Shown piece by piece: positions 8,450 through 17,616 of a stretch of DNA of 64,000 nucleotides. The notes beneath the pieces are model-generated. The model made no database searches. It was given only the letters and a program-made list of their open reading frames with translations, and was not told the origin of the DNA. The position numbers were made by a program, and so were the translations under genes. Source of the stretch: Candidatus Mediterraneibacter faecigallinarum (GTDB lineage: Bacteria > Bacillota > Clostridia > Lachnospirales > Lachnospiraceae); the NCBI GenBank assembly GCA_019119735.1, contig DWWK01000094.1, positions 22,807 through 86,806 on the forward strand. The letters run 5' to 3'. The stretch's first letter is position 1. Every line of letters begins with the position of its first letter.

Positions 8450-8782
8450 TTACACCTCCTTGAAAATAATGTCGATATATGCTTCGGATTCGCTGCTGTC
8501 TTCTATCTCTTCCAGACCAAGAATCATGGAATCCAGCAGAAGCGCGGCATCATGCGAGGGACGCTTATGAAAACGGAACTCGATCGTTCCCGAAGCCTCA
8601 TCAGAAACACTGTCTGTCTCGTCGTCCGTAAACCGCTCGATCGAATTGAGCGTATTGATAACAAGAGCAGAGACAGCGGCACAGATGATGTCATGTCCCG
8701 GTTCATCATATCCGGCATGTCCGGATATATCGAATCCTGCATATTCATGCCCCACGGTCTTATAAACGGTTACCTTGATCAT
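8450..8782 (-). CDS. prp: Ribosomal-processing cysteine protease Prp
   Basis: 110-aa ORF between rplU and rpmA, carrying the GHAG...DIICAAVS motifs of the Prp/YsxB family. Confidence 0.9.
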   Translation of the reverse strand: MIKVTVYKTVGHEYAGFDISGHAGYDEPGHDIICAAVSALVINTLNSIERFTDDETDSVSDEASGTIEFRFHKRPSHDAALLLDSMILGLEEIEDSSESEAYIDIIFKEV

Positions 8783-8794
8783 CGGAACACCGCA

Positions 8795-9103
8795 TTAAGC
8801 ATTGATCTTGTCGATCTTAACTGCTGTATACTGCTGTCTGTGTCCGTTTTTCTTATGGTATCCAGTTTTTCTCTTATACTTGTAAACGACAACTTTTCTA
8901 GCCTTGCCGTTTCCGACTACAGAAGCTGTAACTGTTGCACCTTCCACTGTCGGGTTTCCAACGATAAGCTTATCGTTGTTCACTGCAAGCACCTGGTCAA
9001 ATGTATAAGTCTCGCCAGCTTCTACACCAAGTTTCTCTACTTTAATGATATCGCCTTCAGCTACTTTGTACTGTTTACCACCTGTTGCTATAATCGCGTA
9101 CAT
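8795..9103 (-). CDS. rplU: 50S ribosomal protein L21
   Basis: ORF track 8795..9133, with the start moved to ATG 9103 ([14 protein letters not shown]; AGGAGG 6 nt upstream). Confidence 0.95.
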   Translation of the reverse strand: MYAIIATGGKQYKVAEGDIIKVEKLGVEAGETYTFDQVLAVNNDKLIVGNPTVEGATVTASVVGNGKARKVVVYKYKRKTGYHKKNGHRQQYTAVKIDKINA

Positions 9104-9181
9104 ATGGCACCTCCTATTATCATTACTCGCCAATTACGGTGTCTGCGTCAGCAGATCTTGAAAACCTCATTGTGCGGCATA
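9104..9181 (-). promoter_or_regulatory. 5' leader of rplU, candidate L21 ribosomal-protein leader
   Basis: About 78 nt of untranslated leader between the predicted promoter and rplU, containing a TCTGC-TGAC-GCAGA hairpin. I could not verify identity with the Rfam L21 leader by eye. Confidence 0.3.
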
Positions 9182-9188
9182 CTCAAGT

Positions 9189-9218
9189 AGTATAGCATAT
9201 GACTTTTCATTAAGTCAA
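9189..9218 (-). promoter_or_regulatory. SigA-type promoter of the rplU operon
   Basis: Minus strand reads TTGACT - 18 nt - TATACT with extended -10 TGC. The -35 overlaps the 3' end of the CBS gene. Confidence 0.6.
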
Positions 9219-9634
9219 TAGGCATCCGATGTTTTTTTCAGTTTTTCATAACAGTATTCGATGATGCTCTTCCGGGTGATGATCCCGATGAATTTATTCT
9301 GGTCATCTACCACCGGAACGTAATTCTGGTTCATCGCCTTGCGGATCAGATCCTCCATATCAGCGTCCGCAGAGACTGCCTCGTAGTCGGCCTTCCGCGG
9401 AAAGTCCTGGATAAAAATATTCTCCGCTTCTTTCAGGTTGAGATTCGTATATTTTTTTATGCCCCAGAGCAGATCCCCCTCTGTGATGGTTCCCGTGTAT
9501 TCCCCTTTTTTATTCAGCATGGGAATAGATGCATATTTGTGATATTCCATCGTTTCCAGTACCTGTCTCAGAGTACTGTAATCGTAGATGAACGCAACTT
9601 CACTCTTCGGCTTCAAAAAGAAAAGTATGTTCAT
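9215..9634 (-). CDS. CBS-pair domain protein
   Basis: 139-aa ORF with two CBS-like repeats (IPMLNKKGEYTGTITEGDLL and VPVVDDQNKFIGIITRKSII). Confidence 0.8.
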   Translation of the reverse strand: MNILFFLKPKSEVAFIYDYSTLRQVLETMEYHKYASIPMLNKKGEYTGTITEGDLLWGIKKYTNLNLKEAENIFIQDFPRKADYEAVSADADMEDLIRKAMNQNYVPVVDDQNKFIGIITRKSIIEYCYEKLKKTSDAY

Positions 9635-9673
9635 TTCCTGTATCGTCCGCCTTTCTGCAGGTTTATCTCTTGA

Positions 9674-10993
9674 TTAAATCTGTGTCAGGACAAAGATTTC
9701 ATACAATGCGCGGATCGCATTCTTGAAATCCTCGTGTCTCACTCCGATGATGATGTTGAGCTCGCTTGATCCCTGATCGATCATCTTGACATTAATGTGC
9801 GCGTGAGCCAGCGCTGAGAAGATCCTTCCCGCCGTGCCGCGCGTGGACCTCATTCCTCTTCCCACAACAGCGATCAGTGCCAGATTGGACTCGAGCTCGA
9901 TGTGATCCGGATTCACTGCCTTATGGATATCGGCCAGTATCTTCTGTTCCTTCTCTTCAAACGTGTCCTTGTTTACGAAGATCGTCATCGTATCGATGCC
10001 TGACGGCATATGCTCGATCGAAACATTGTTTTCCTCGAACACCTGCAGCACCTTGCGGCAGAATCCGACCTCCGAGTTCATCATCGCCTTCTCTACTGTA
10101 ATAGAAGCGAATCCGTCTGTTCCGGCGATACCGGTGATCGTGTATCTCGGCTGACGGCAGGTTCCCTCAACGATGAGCGTGCCCTTGTCCTGAGGCGCAT
10201 TCGTATTGCGGATATTGATCGGGATCCCCGCTTTTCTCACCGGGAAGATCGCGTCCTCATGGAGCACGCTGGCGCCCATATAGGAGAGCTCGCGGAGCTC
10301 CTTGTAAGTGATCGTCTCGATCGCCTTCGGATTCTTTACGATCCTCGGATCAGCGATCAGGAATCCTGAAACGTCCGTCCAGTTCTCATAGAGATCTGCG
10401 CCTACCGCAAGTGCGACAAGAGAGCCGCTGACGTCAGATCCTCCTCTTGAAAACGTCACGACCGTCCCATCCTCCCTGGCACCGTAAAATCCCGGGATGA
10501 CCGCGCGTTCGATCTGTGAGAGACGCCCGGACAGGAGTTCGTTCGTCACCTCATCGTTGAATGATCCGTCGTCATTAAATCTTACGACCTCCGCTGCATC
10601 GACAAACTCATAGCCGAGATAAGCAGCCATGATCTTGCCGTTGAGGAACTCTCCCCTTGACGCAGCATAGTCTCTGCCCGCTTTCCTTTCGAACTCGGAC
10701 CGGATCACTTCAAAATCCTTGTCCAGCGAAAAGTCAAGGTTCAGCCCGTCGATGATTTCCTGATACCTCTCACGGATCTCGGAAAGCTTTTCAGAAAAAT
10801 CCTCTCCTGCTTCTGCCGCGGCATAGCAGCCATACAGCATATCCGTCACCTTGGTGTCAGCAGAAAAACGCTTGCCGGGAGCAGATGGAACGACATATCG
10901 CCTTGATTCGTCCTGATGTATGATATTTCCGACCTTTTTAAACTGCTCTGCACTGGCAAGAGAGCTTCCGCCGAACTTCACTACTTTCTTCAT
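9674..10993 (-). CDS. Aspartate kinase (monofunctional)
   Basis: 439-aa ORF with N-terminal KFGGSSLA kinase motif and C-terminal ACT-type regulatory region. Confidence 0.9.
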   Translation of the reverse strand: MKKVVKFGGSSLASAEQFKKVGNIIHQDESRRYVVPSAPGKRFSADTKVTDMLYGCYAAAEAGEDFSEKLSEIRERYQEIIDGLNLDFSLDKDFEVIRSEFERKAGRDYAASRGEFLNGKIMAAYLGYEFVDAAEVVRFNDDGSFNDEVTNELLSGRLSQIERAVIPGFYGAREDGTVVTFSRGGSDVSGSLVALAVGADLYENWTDVSGFLIADPRIVKNPKAIETITYKELRELSYMGASVLHEDAIFPVRKAGIPINIRNTNAPQDKGTLIVEGTCRQPRYTITGIAGTDGFASITVEKAMMNSEVGFCRKVLQVFEENNVSIEHMPSGIDTMTIFVNKDTFEEKEQKILADIHKAVNPDHIELESNLALIAVVGRGMRSTRGTAGRIFSALAHAHINVKMIDQGSSELNIIIGVRHEDFKNAIRALYEIFVLTQI

Positions 10994-11020
10994 TCTTTTT
11001 CTTCCTCCAAACTGTAATCA

Positions 11021-11093
11021 AACAGCAGAACCTCGCTGAAACGCTTTTCTGTCCTGCTGTTTTCTCTCACGCGGTCCGCACTTCCCGGACCGC
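11021..11093 (-). terminator. Two tandem hairpins between rng and the aspartate kinase gene (weak terminator candidates)
   Basis: GCGGTCCG-CACTTCC-CGGACCGC (11071..11093) and AACAGCAG.AC...GT.CTGCTGTT (11021..11061). Neither has a clean U-tract on the minus strand. Confidence 0.3.
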
Positions 11094-11108
11094 ACTCTCG
11101 GTACATTA

Positions 11109-12332
11109 TTATAACGCCTTGCCGCTTGATTGTAAACGAGAATTTTCTATCTGTTCATGCAGCGGTCTGTGTACTTTCTTGCGGGTCACCTCGACCAGAT
11201 TGAGGGGCGTTATGTCCACGAGTGTTGTCTGGATCGGGTCTTTTGCCAGGAGCATGCGAAACTCTCTCATGAGACGGGAGACATTTTCTTCCAACTCCAG
11301 ATTGATAAAATCAATGATGATAATACCGGAAAGATTCCTGAGGCGGATCTGTTTTGCCGCCTCTCTGGCCGCCTCCAGATCGATCTTCATAATCCCCTCT
11401 TCGTTTTTGCCTTTTCCTGCGTTCTTTCCGGAATTTACATCGATCACAGTGAGCGCCTCTGTCGGCTGGATCACAAGATAGCCTCCGTTTTTGAGCCATA
11501 CTTTCTCTCTCAATGCTTTCTCGATGGCTGTCTGCGTACTGTACAGCTTGCCGAGTGGAAACGCCGGATCGTCATACAGCCGGATCAGCTCCTGCTTTTC
11601 AGGCAGCTCAGACGCAAAATAGGATCGTATTCTCGTATACAATTCAGCATCTCCGACAATGATCTCTTCCATTCCCTCCATATAGACATTTCTCAGGTCT
11701 GATATGTAGGAGGGCGGCGCCGATCTCAGACAGGAGAAACACACTCGCGTGGGTGCAATGGACATGATCCGCTCATATTCTCCGCGCAGCCGCATGATCT
11801 CATCCAGTACATCCTGGAACGGAGCATCCTTTGCATTCGTCCGCACGATAATGCCGAACCTGTCGTTTTGGAACTCCTTAAGCCTTCCTTTGTATTCTTC
11901 CCTCAGCTTCTTCGGGATCTTAGACGACACCCCGATCCGTGTATTTCCGTGGGTCAGGACTGCATATCTCCCGGTGAAGCTGATATTCCCCGTCACAGTA
12001 GGCGCCTTTGTCTTCACCGCCTCCTTGCTGATCTGTACCACCAGCTCATCCCCGATGCACAGGGGCTTTTTCCCTGACTTGCGGGTGAAGACTGCATGCT
12101 CGGCATCCTTCATATCGTAGTAGCAGTTCACGCCGCTCTCGATCTCCACGAATGCCGCCCCGATATTCGGCACGATATTTTTCACTCTGCCAACATAAAC
12201 ATTTCCCAGCAGGTGCTGTCCGGCGCTCTCCTCATCTGCGGAAGCGCAGTGGATCTCCACGATCTCTCCGTCTTCAAGGAAAAAACTCCGTATCTGGTTC
12301 TCTGTTTTCTCGATCAGAATCTTCCGCTTCAT
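11109..12332 (-). CDS. rng: Rne/Rng-family ribonuclease (RNase G-like)
   Basis: ORF track 11109..12485, with the start moved to ATG 12332 (MKRKILIEK, GGAG 7 nt upstream), 2 nt after the upstream stop. S1 domain GNVYVGRVKNIVPNIGAAFVEI. Confidence 0.88.
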   Translation of the reverse strand: MKRKILIEKTENQIRSFFLEDGEIVEIHCASADEESAGQHLLGNVYVGRVKNIVPNIGAAFVEIESGVNCYYDMKDAEHAVFTRKSGKKPLCIGDELVVQISKEAVKTKAPTVTGNISFTGRYAVLTHGNTRIGVSSKIPKKLREEYKGRLKEFQNDRFGIIVRTNAKDAPFQDVLDEIMRLRGEYERIMSIAPTRVCFSCLRSAPPSYISDLRNVYMEGMEEIIVGDAELYTRIRSYFASELPEKQELIRLYDDPAFPLGKLYSTQTAIEKALREKVWLKNGGYLVIQPTEALTVIDVNSGKNAGKGKNEEGIMKIDLEAAREAAKQIRLRNLSGIIIIDFINLELEENVSRLMREFRMLLAKDPIQTTLVDITPLNLVEVTRKKVHRPLHEQIENSRLQSSGKAL

Positions 12333-12336
12333 CTTC

Positions 12337-13041
12337 CTACTCCATATCCCATCCGAGGGACTCCAGTGTGACCAGTTGTCTTCTGCCGTCCTCTCCGACA
12401 TCCGCATACATCTCAAGCCGGTGGTATCCAAATGCAGTGTCATCGCATGAAACGCCCAGATACCGGCAGAACGCTTCCATGACAAGGTCCGGCTTTAAGT
12501 TCTGTGAGCTTCCCGCTGCAAGCTGGAGGAAGATATCCTCTCCCCGGATCTCCCATCGGTCTATCAGAGGCCTGATATCCACTTCCTTTTCGCTCCGCTT
12601 CGTCTGCTTCACAATCCGGATCTCAGGCTGTTCCATGAACGCTGCAAAGGAATCTTTCCAGTCATGGGGAAGCGTCCCTTTCTTCAGAGATGCGAGATAG
12701 TCTGCGCCTGCGAGGATCGTCATGCCGGTCATCTTTTTTTCCTCTGCGATCTGTTTCATACTGACTACTTCGATCCCTTCCACGCAGGCCTCATTCATCC
12801 TGCGGACCGCATCTGCGCTGTTCACAGCCTCTCTTAATTCGATATCAAAATATTCTCCGTCACTGCTCAGGCCGATCCCCAGCGGACTGGCGAAAGACAT
12901 GATCATATGAGGGCTGTATCCCCCGGTAAACGCGATGGGAATATCGGCTCGTCTCATCACCTTCTGGAAAAACCGCATCACATCGAGATGGCCGATAAAG
13001 CGAAGGGCTCCGTATTTTCTGAACTTAATTCTTGCCTTCAT
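12337..13041 (-). CDS. Radical SAM-associated protein (DUF2344 / TIGR03936-like)
   Basis: Start set to ATG 13041 (MKARIKFRKYGALRFIGHLD; GGAGGAGG 8 nt upstream). It overlaps the 3' end of the upstream radical SAM gene. Confidence 0.8.
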   Translation of the reverse strand: MKARIKFRKYGALRFIGHLDVMRFFQKVMRRADIPIAFTGGYSPHMIMSFASPLGIGLSSDGEYFDIELREAVNSADAVRRMNEACVEGIEVVSMKQIAEEKKMTGMTILAGADYLASLKKGTLPHDWKDSFAAFMEQPEIRIVKQTKRSEKEVDIRPLIDRWEIRGEDIFLQLAAGSSQNLKPDLVMEAFCRYLGVSCDDTAFGYHRLEMYADVGEDGRRQLVTLESLGWDME

Positions 13042-14890
13042 AGCAGACACCTCCTCCGAACTTTGCTGCGCCGCAGCCGGAACACTGCATCCTGCAGTTC
13101 GGCGTGACTTCCTCCGCCATCGCTCTCTCCCACTCTCTGTAGAGGAACTTCCGGCTTACGCCGATATCAATGAAATCCCACGGGAACAGCTCGTCCTCTT
13201 TTCGCTCTCTGAGATTATAAAAAGCAATGTCCACACCGGTATTCTCGAATGCCTGCATCCAGAGGTCGCTGCGGAAGCTCTCTGTCCAGGAATCAAACAG
13301 GCAGCCCAGCCGGTACGCCTCCTCGATCACGCGTCCGACCCTGCGGTCTCCACGCGCCATCACGCCCTCAAGAACTGTAAGCTGCGCGTCATGCCAGTTA
13401 TATTTCAGGCTCTTGCGGTTTAACTGCTCCTGGAACTCTTTTTTGACGACCGCGGCTTTTTCCATATATTCTTCCGCCGTACACATGGACGCCCACTGGA
13501 ACGGCGTAAACGGCTTGGGCACAAAGAAGGATGAGCTTGCAGTGATCTGGCATTTGCCATGCCTCTCCTCCTTCGGGATCTCATAGTATCTCCGCGCCAC
13601 CCGGTCCGAGAGCCGGGCGATCTCCTTCATATCTTCCTCCGTCTCCGTCGGAAGTCCGAGCATGAAATACAGCTTCACCTTGGTCCATCCGCCCTCAAAG
13701 GCCTGTCCTGCTCCGTCAAGGATGTCTTCCTCGGTCAGTCCCTTATTGATCACATTGCGCATCCTCTGGGAGCCCGCCTCCGGCGCAAAGGTGAGGCTGC
13801 TCTTGCGGATATCCTGCACCCGGCTCATGACGTCCAGGGAAAAAGCGTCGATCCGCAGGGAGGGAAGCGAGATATTGATCCCTTTATCCTTGAACTCATC
13901 GATCAGGAATAAGACCAGTTCTTTCAGCTCAGAATAGTCGCTGGAGCTTAAGGAACTGAGAGATATCTCCTCATGCCCTGTGCTCTTGAGCATAGCGCGG
14001 GCGTACTCCTTCAGCTTCTCCACATCTCGTTCACGCGTCGGACGATAGAGCATCCCTGCCTGGCAGAAACGGCACCCGCGGATGCAGCCGCGCTGGATCT
14101 CCAGCACGACTCTGTCCTGTGTCGCCTTGATGAACGGCACGACCGGCGCCAGAGGATAAGGCGCGTCCGTCACATCTGTCACGACCTGTTTTTTCACGGT
14201 CTCCGGGGCATGCGCATTGTTCGGAGAAAAGGATTTCAACGTCCCGTCAGCCTCATATTCTGCATCATAAAACATCGGGACATAGAGTCCTTCGATCTGT
14301 GCAGCCCGCTCCAGAAATTCCATCCGGCTTCCTCCTGCGGCCTTCCACTCCTTATATACGTCCAGGAGCTCGTCATAAACAGTCTCTCCTTCGCCGATAT
14401 AGAAAATGTCAAAGAATGCCGCAAGGGGCTCCGGATTGTACGCGCACGGGCCGCCTCCGATCACGATCGGATCCTCGTTTGTCCGATCCGCCGCATAGAG
14501 CGGTATCCCGCTCAGATCCAGGATCTGCAGGATATTCGTGTAGCACATTTCAAACTGGATCGTAATTCCAAGAAAATCAAACTCTCTGACCGGATCCTGC
14601 GACTCAAGGGCGAACAGAGGGATATTCTCTTCCCGCATCACTTTGTCCAGATCCGTCCACGGAGAATAGACCCGCTCACACCATACGTCTTCCCTGCTGT
14701 TGAACATATCGTAAAGGATCTGGATGCCCAGATGGGACATTCCGATCTCGTACACGTCCGGGAAGCACATACAGAAGCGGATGTCCACCTTTTCCTTGTC
14801 CTTCATGACCGAGTTCACCTCGCCGCCGATATAGCGGGCGGGCTTCTCAATCTTCATCAAAATCTCATCGTTTAACGCTAGTTTTCTCAC
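13025..14890 (-). CDS. B12-binding-domain radical SAM protein (TIGR03960-like)
   Basis: 621-aa ORF with radical SAM CxxxCxxC motif (CIRGCRFC) and conserved pairing with the DUF2344 gene and rng. Confidence 0.85.
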   Translation of the reverse strand: MRKLALNDEILMKIEKPARYIGGEVNSVMKDKEKVDIRFCMCFPDVYEIGMSHLGIQILYDMFNSREDVWCERVYSPWTDLDKVMREENIPLFALESQDPVREFDFLGITIQFEMCYTNILQILDLSGIPLYAADRTNEDPIVIGGGPCAYNPEPLAAFFDIFYIGEGETVYDELLDVYKEWKAAGGSRMEFLERAAQIEGLYVPMFYDAEYEADGTLKSFSPNNAHAPETVKKQVVTDVTDAPYPLAPVVPFIKATQDRVVLEIQRGCIRGCRFCQAGMLYRPTRERDVEKLKEYARAMLKSTGHEEISLSSLSSSDYSELKELVLFLIDEFKDKGINISLPSLRIDAFSLDVMSRVQDIRKSSLTFAPEAGSQRMRNVINKGLTEEDILDGAGQAFEGGWTKVKLYFMLGLPTETEEDMKEIARLSDRVARRYYEIPKEERHGKCQITASSSFFVPKPFTPFQWASMCTAEEYMEKAAVVKKEFQEQLNRKSLKYNWHDAQLTVLEGVMARGDRRVGRVIEEAYRLGCLFDSWTESFRSDLWMQAFENTGVDIAFYNLRERKEDELFPWDFIDIGVSRKFLYREWERAMAEEVTPNCRMQCSGCGAAKFGGGVCYEGKN

Positions 14891-14968
14891 TTAATAAACA
14901 CCTTTTCGTACAATTCAAATTTTTCTCCAATAGTATATCTGCAATGGAGAAATTATAAATCAGCTTAA

Positions 14969-14997
14969 ATTGTACTAAATGGAATTTCATATGTCAA
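14969..14997 (-). promoter_or_regulatory. SigA-type promoter of the radical-SAM/rng operon
   Basis: Minus strand reads TTGACA - 17 nt - TACAAT, about 70 nt upstream of the start codon. Confidence 0.6.
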
Positions 14998-15060
14998 TCT
15001 GGATTAATTTTTGAATCATCGAACTTCTCCCTTGGGATTCTATTGAAACTTCTCCGCCGG

Positions 15061-15384
15061 TCACAGGTTCTTCCACACTTCTTTGATCGTCTCTGCATCC
15101 ACATCCTTCTCGATCTGATCCACAATAGCGGTGCTGTCCACCTCCGCCACGCTCACCTTGCTCTGGTCCATGTACACAAAGCAGATAAAGCAGAGGATCC
15201 CGACCGCAAGCCTTATGTAAAAGCTGCCGCCGGACGGGACATGTTCTTCTTCACCGTCGTACAGGCTGCGGTAGATATTTCCGTATCTGGGATGGACCGC
15301 AGGGACCTCCTGCCTCTCATCATACAGTTTCCTTGTCTGGCGCAGCAGCTCACGGCGCCGAAGCTCGGAATCGTTCATATGCAT
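15061..15384 (-). CDS. Hypothetical small membrane protein (one TM helix)
   Basis: 107-aa ORF (an alternative ATG at 15378 has better SD spacing). Charged N-terminal half, hydrophobic IRLAVGILCFICFVY segment. No family recognised. Confidence 0.5.
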   Translation of the reverse strand: MHMNDSELRRRELLRQTRKLYDERQEVPAVHPRYGNIYRSLYDGEEEHVPSGGSFYIRLAVGILCFICFVYMDQSKVSVAEVDSTAIVDQIEKDVDAETIKEVWKNL

Positions 15385-15424
15385 ACCTCTCTCCGCCCTG
15401 TCCGCATTCTTCTCAAAACATCAG

Positions 15425-15464
15425 CCAGGGGCATAAGTCTGATCATCATAACTTATGCCCCTGG
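15425..15464 (-). terminator. Rho-independent terminator after the ech operon
   Basis: CCAGGGGCATAAGT...ACTTATGCCCCTGG 14-bp stem, followed on the minus strand by CTGATGTTTTG. Confidence 0.7.
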
Positions 15465-15526
15465 CGCTCATGCTAGAACCTTTCGGTTCCCGCGTCTTTT
15501 CTGTTTTCTTCTGCTGAGCCAGTTCC

Positions 15527-16123
15527 TTATATACTCTGCATGCCGAGCGCATGTTTCGGACATGCGGATGCGCAGATCCCGCACTGGACACATTTTTCCT
15601 CATCCAGCTCCCAGAGCTTTTCCTTTCGATCGACCCGGATAGCCTCCTGCGGACACTTTTTCGCACACAGCGTGCAGTAGACGCATTTTTCGGCATCCAG
15701 CACCGGTTTGCCGCCGGAAGCTTCCGCCGGCTTCTCTTCCTCCTTCGGCTTCGTAAAGGTCTCGCTCGTCTTTGTGATGTCCGGCTCAGTATACCCCTTT
15801 TCCATGGTCAGGCATTTCTTTGGACACGCAAGGACGCAGCTTCCGCACTGCACGCAGTCGAAGCGCTCGATCGTCCATGTCCCTGCTTTCCGGTCAACGG
15901 TGATTGCCTGGGAGGGACATGATCTGACGCACAAGCCGCAGCAGATGCAGTCCTCGATCTTTATCTCCACATGTCCCCTCATCCGCTCCGGATATTCCAC
16001 CGGCTGAAACGGGTACTGGACCGTTGCCGGCTTCCGAAAAAGATTTTTCAGGACCCTTCCCGCGAATGTAAACACTCTAGTCTTATCTTCCATCATTTGC
16101 CACTGCTCCGTTTCTCCGCCCAT
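15527..16123 (-). CDS. echF: Ech hydrogenase iron-sulfur subunit EchF (NuoI-like) with an extra C-terminal 2x[4Fe-4S] module
   Basis: 198-aa ORF (alternative start ATG 16096 with GGAG upstream). Four CxxCxxCxxxCP motifs: CICCGLCVRSCP, CVQCGSCVLACP, CVYCTLCAKKCP, CVQCGICASACP. Confidence 0.85.
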   Translation of the reverse strand: MGGETEQWQMMEDKTRVFTFAGRVLKNLFRKPATVQYPFQPVEYPERMRGHVEIKIEDCICCGLCVRSCPSQAITVDRKAGTWTIERFDCVQCGSCVLACPKKCLTMEKGYTEPDITKTSETFTKPKEEEKPAEASGGKPVLDAEKCVYCTLCAKKCPQEAIRVDRKEKLWELDEEKCVQCGICASACPKHALGMQSI

Positions 16124-16171
16124 AAGCGGTTTGTTGATGCATTCCCGTCGTTTCTACTTATCAGTTCACTG

Positions 16172-17251
16172 CTACCTCTCAGTACAGCTCACGCACGGAT
16201 CGATGGTCAGGATCAGGAGCGGAACATCCGCCAGCTGACAGCCTTTGAGCATCTCGACCAGCGCCGGGATATTGCTCGTCGTCGGCGTGCGCATGCGGAA
16301 ACGATCCAGATATTTCGTCCCGTTTCCTTTGATATAATAGATCGCCTCTCCGCGCGGCTGCTCGATCCGCATGAAAAACTCACCGGACGGATTGCCTTTT
16401 ACCGGAACGCTGATCGGTCCGTCGGGAATCTTGCCGATGGCCTCTCTGATCAGATCAAAAGACTGGAAGAGTTCTTTTAAGCGCACTTTGCAGCGTGCAA
16501 AAGAATCGCCCTCCTCCGCCGTGATCGGCTCTATCGTCAGGTCACCGTATGCCGCATAGCCGAGCTTGCGCGCGTCATACGACACTCCGCAGGCACGCAG
16601 GACCGGTCCCGCAGCTCCCAGCGCAATGGCGTCGTCCTTTTTCAGGATTCCCGAGCCTTTGAGACGGCTCTGTACGGTATAATCCTGCATGAAGGTCTCA
16701 ACAATAGGCTTCATCTCACTGCGTATATTTTCTATCGCCTGCAGGATATGCTGCAGCATCGTGCTGTCCATATCCTTCTGGACTCCTCCGACACAGTTGA
16801 CGGAATGGATGATCCTTCCGCCTGACGTCTCATCAAACATATCAAGGATCTTCTCACGGAGCCTCCAGCTCTCCATGTGCAGGCTCTCAAAGCCCATGGC
16901 GTCAGCCAGGAGCCCGAGCCAGAGCAGATGACTGTGCACACGGCTCATCTCGACCCAGATCGTCCGCAGATATCTGGCGCGGTCAGGCACTTCGATGCCC
17001 ATGACCTGTTCCACTGCTTCGCAGTAACCCAGTCCGTGGCCGCAGCTGCAGATGCCGCAGACACGCTCCGCGATATAGACATATTGTTTAAAATCTCTTT
17101 TTTCAACCAGTTTCTCAAGTCCTCTATGGATAAATCCAATACTCGGGACAGCCCCAACTACCGTCTCATCCTCAAGTATCAGATCCAGATGGATCGGTTC
17201 CGGAAGCACAGGATGCTGAGGACCGAATGGTACGATACTTCTCTTTGCCAT
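16172..17251 (-). CDS. echE: Group 4 [NiFe]-hydrogenase large subunit (EchE, NuoD-like)
   Basis: ORF track 16172..17332, with the start moved to ATG 17251 (AAGGAG 7 nt upstream). N-terminal RVCGICSCGH and C-terminal DPCVSCTER Ni-Fe ligand motifs. Confidence 0.92.
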   Translation of the reverse strand: MAKRSIVPFGPQHPVLPEPIHLDLILEDETVVGAVPSIGFIHRGLEKLVEKRDFKQYVYIAERVCGICSCGHGLGYCEAVEQVMGIEVPDRARYLRTIWVEMSRVHSHLLWLGLLADAMGFESLHMESWRLREKILDMFDETSGGRIIHSVNCVGGVQKDMDSTMLQHILQAIENIRSEMKPIVETFMQDYTVQSRLKGSGILKKDDAIALGAAGPVLRACGVSYDARKLGYAAYGDLTIEPITAEEGDSFARCKVRLKELFQSFDLIREAIGKIPDGPISVPVKGNPSGEFFMRIEQPRGEAIYYIKGNGTKYLDRFRMRTPTTSNIPALVEMLKGCQLADVPLLILTIDPCVSCTER

Positions 17252-17255
17252 GATT

Positions 17256-17609
17256 CTACTCCTTCTTCTTAAATGGTGCGGTCTCGTCGATCCGATACAG
17301 TCTGTCACCGTAATCCGGATCCACATGCTCAATCTTTACGCCGAAGAGCTCTGCCGCTTCATTTTCCTGCAGAAAAGCACACGGATAAATCTGCGTGATG
17401 CTGGCGACTACCTCATCCTCGCCGATCTCAAGCCGCAGCGTCACCATCCGGTATTTTTTATCCAGACAGAATGAATAGCTCATCTCATACCCATGTTCCA
17501 CAGAAACCGCACAGATCTGGGACAGACGCCAGTTCTCTGCCTTCATCTTCACGACTGCCGGGAAAAATTCCGCCATCGTGATCTTTCTGATCTCGCTCTT
17601 ATAGTCCAT
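17256..17609 (-). CDS. echD: Ech subunit D (short NuoC-like protein)
   Basis: 117-aa ORF. ENEAAELFGVKIEH resembles the complex I 30-kDa subunit signature. Its position between the small and large subunit genes fits echD. Confidence 0.7.
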   Translation of the reverse strand: MDYKSEIRKITMAEFFPAVVKMKAENWRLSQICAVSVEHGYEMSYSFCLDKKYRMVTLRLEIGEDEVVASITQIYPCAFLQENEAAELFGVKIEHVDPDYGDRLYRIDETAPFKKKE

Positions 17610-17616
17610 CTCTCTG

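Noticed and set aside
10994-11108. A lysine riboswitch (L-box) upstream of the aspartate kinase gene, and a T-box upstream of hisZ (31952..32025).
   Set aside because: The intergenic spaces are only 115 nt and 74 nt. That is too short for an L-box (~180 nt) or a T-box leader (~200 nt), and I could not find the conserved core sequences.
11109-12485. N-terminally extended versions of several ORFs in the track: rng 458 aa, ygiQ 697 aa, SDR 296 aa, echE 386 aa, rplU 112 aa, NusG-II 174 aa, apbE 348 aa, ruvA 218 aa, hisG 225 aa and SASP 90 aa.
   Set aside because: In each case an internal ATG has a proper Shine-Dalgarno, a family-typical N-terminus and a position just after the upstream stop codon. 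The extensions overlap the upstream gene and are Arg-rich read-through of non-coding or other-frame sequence.
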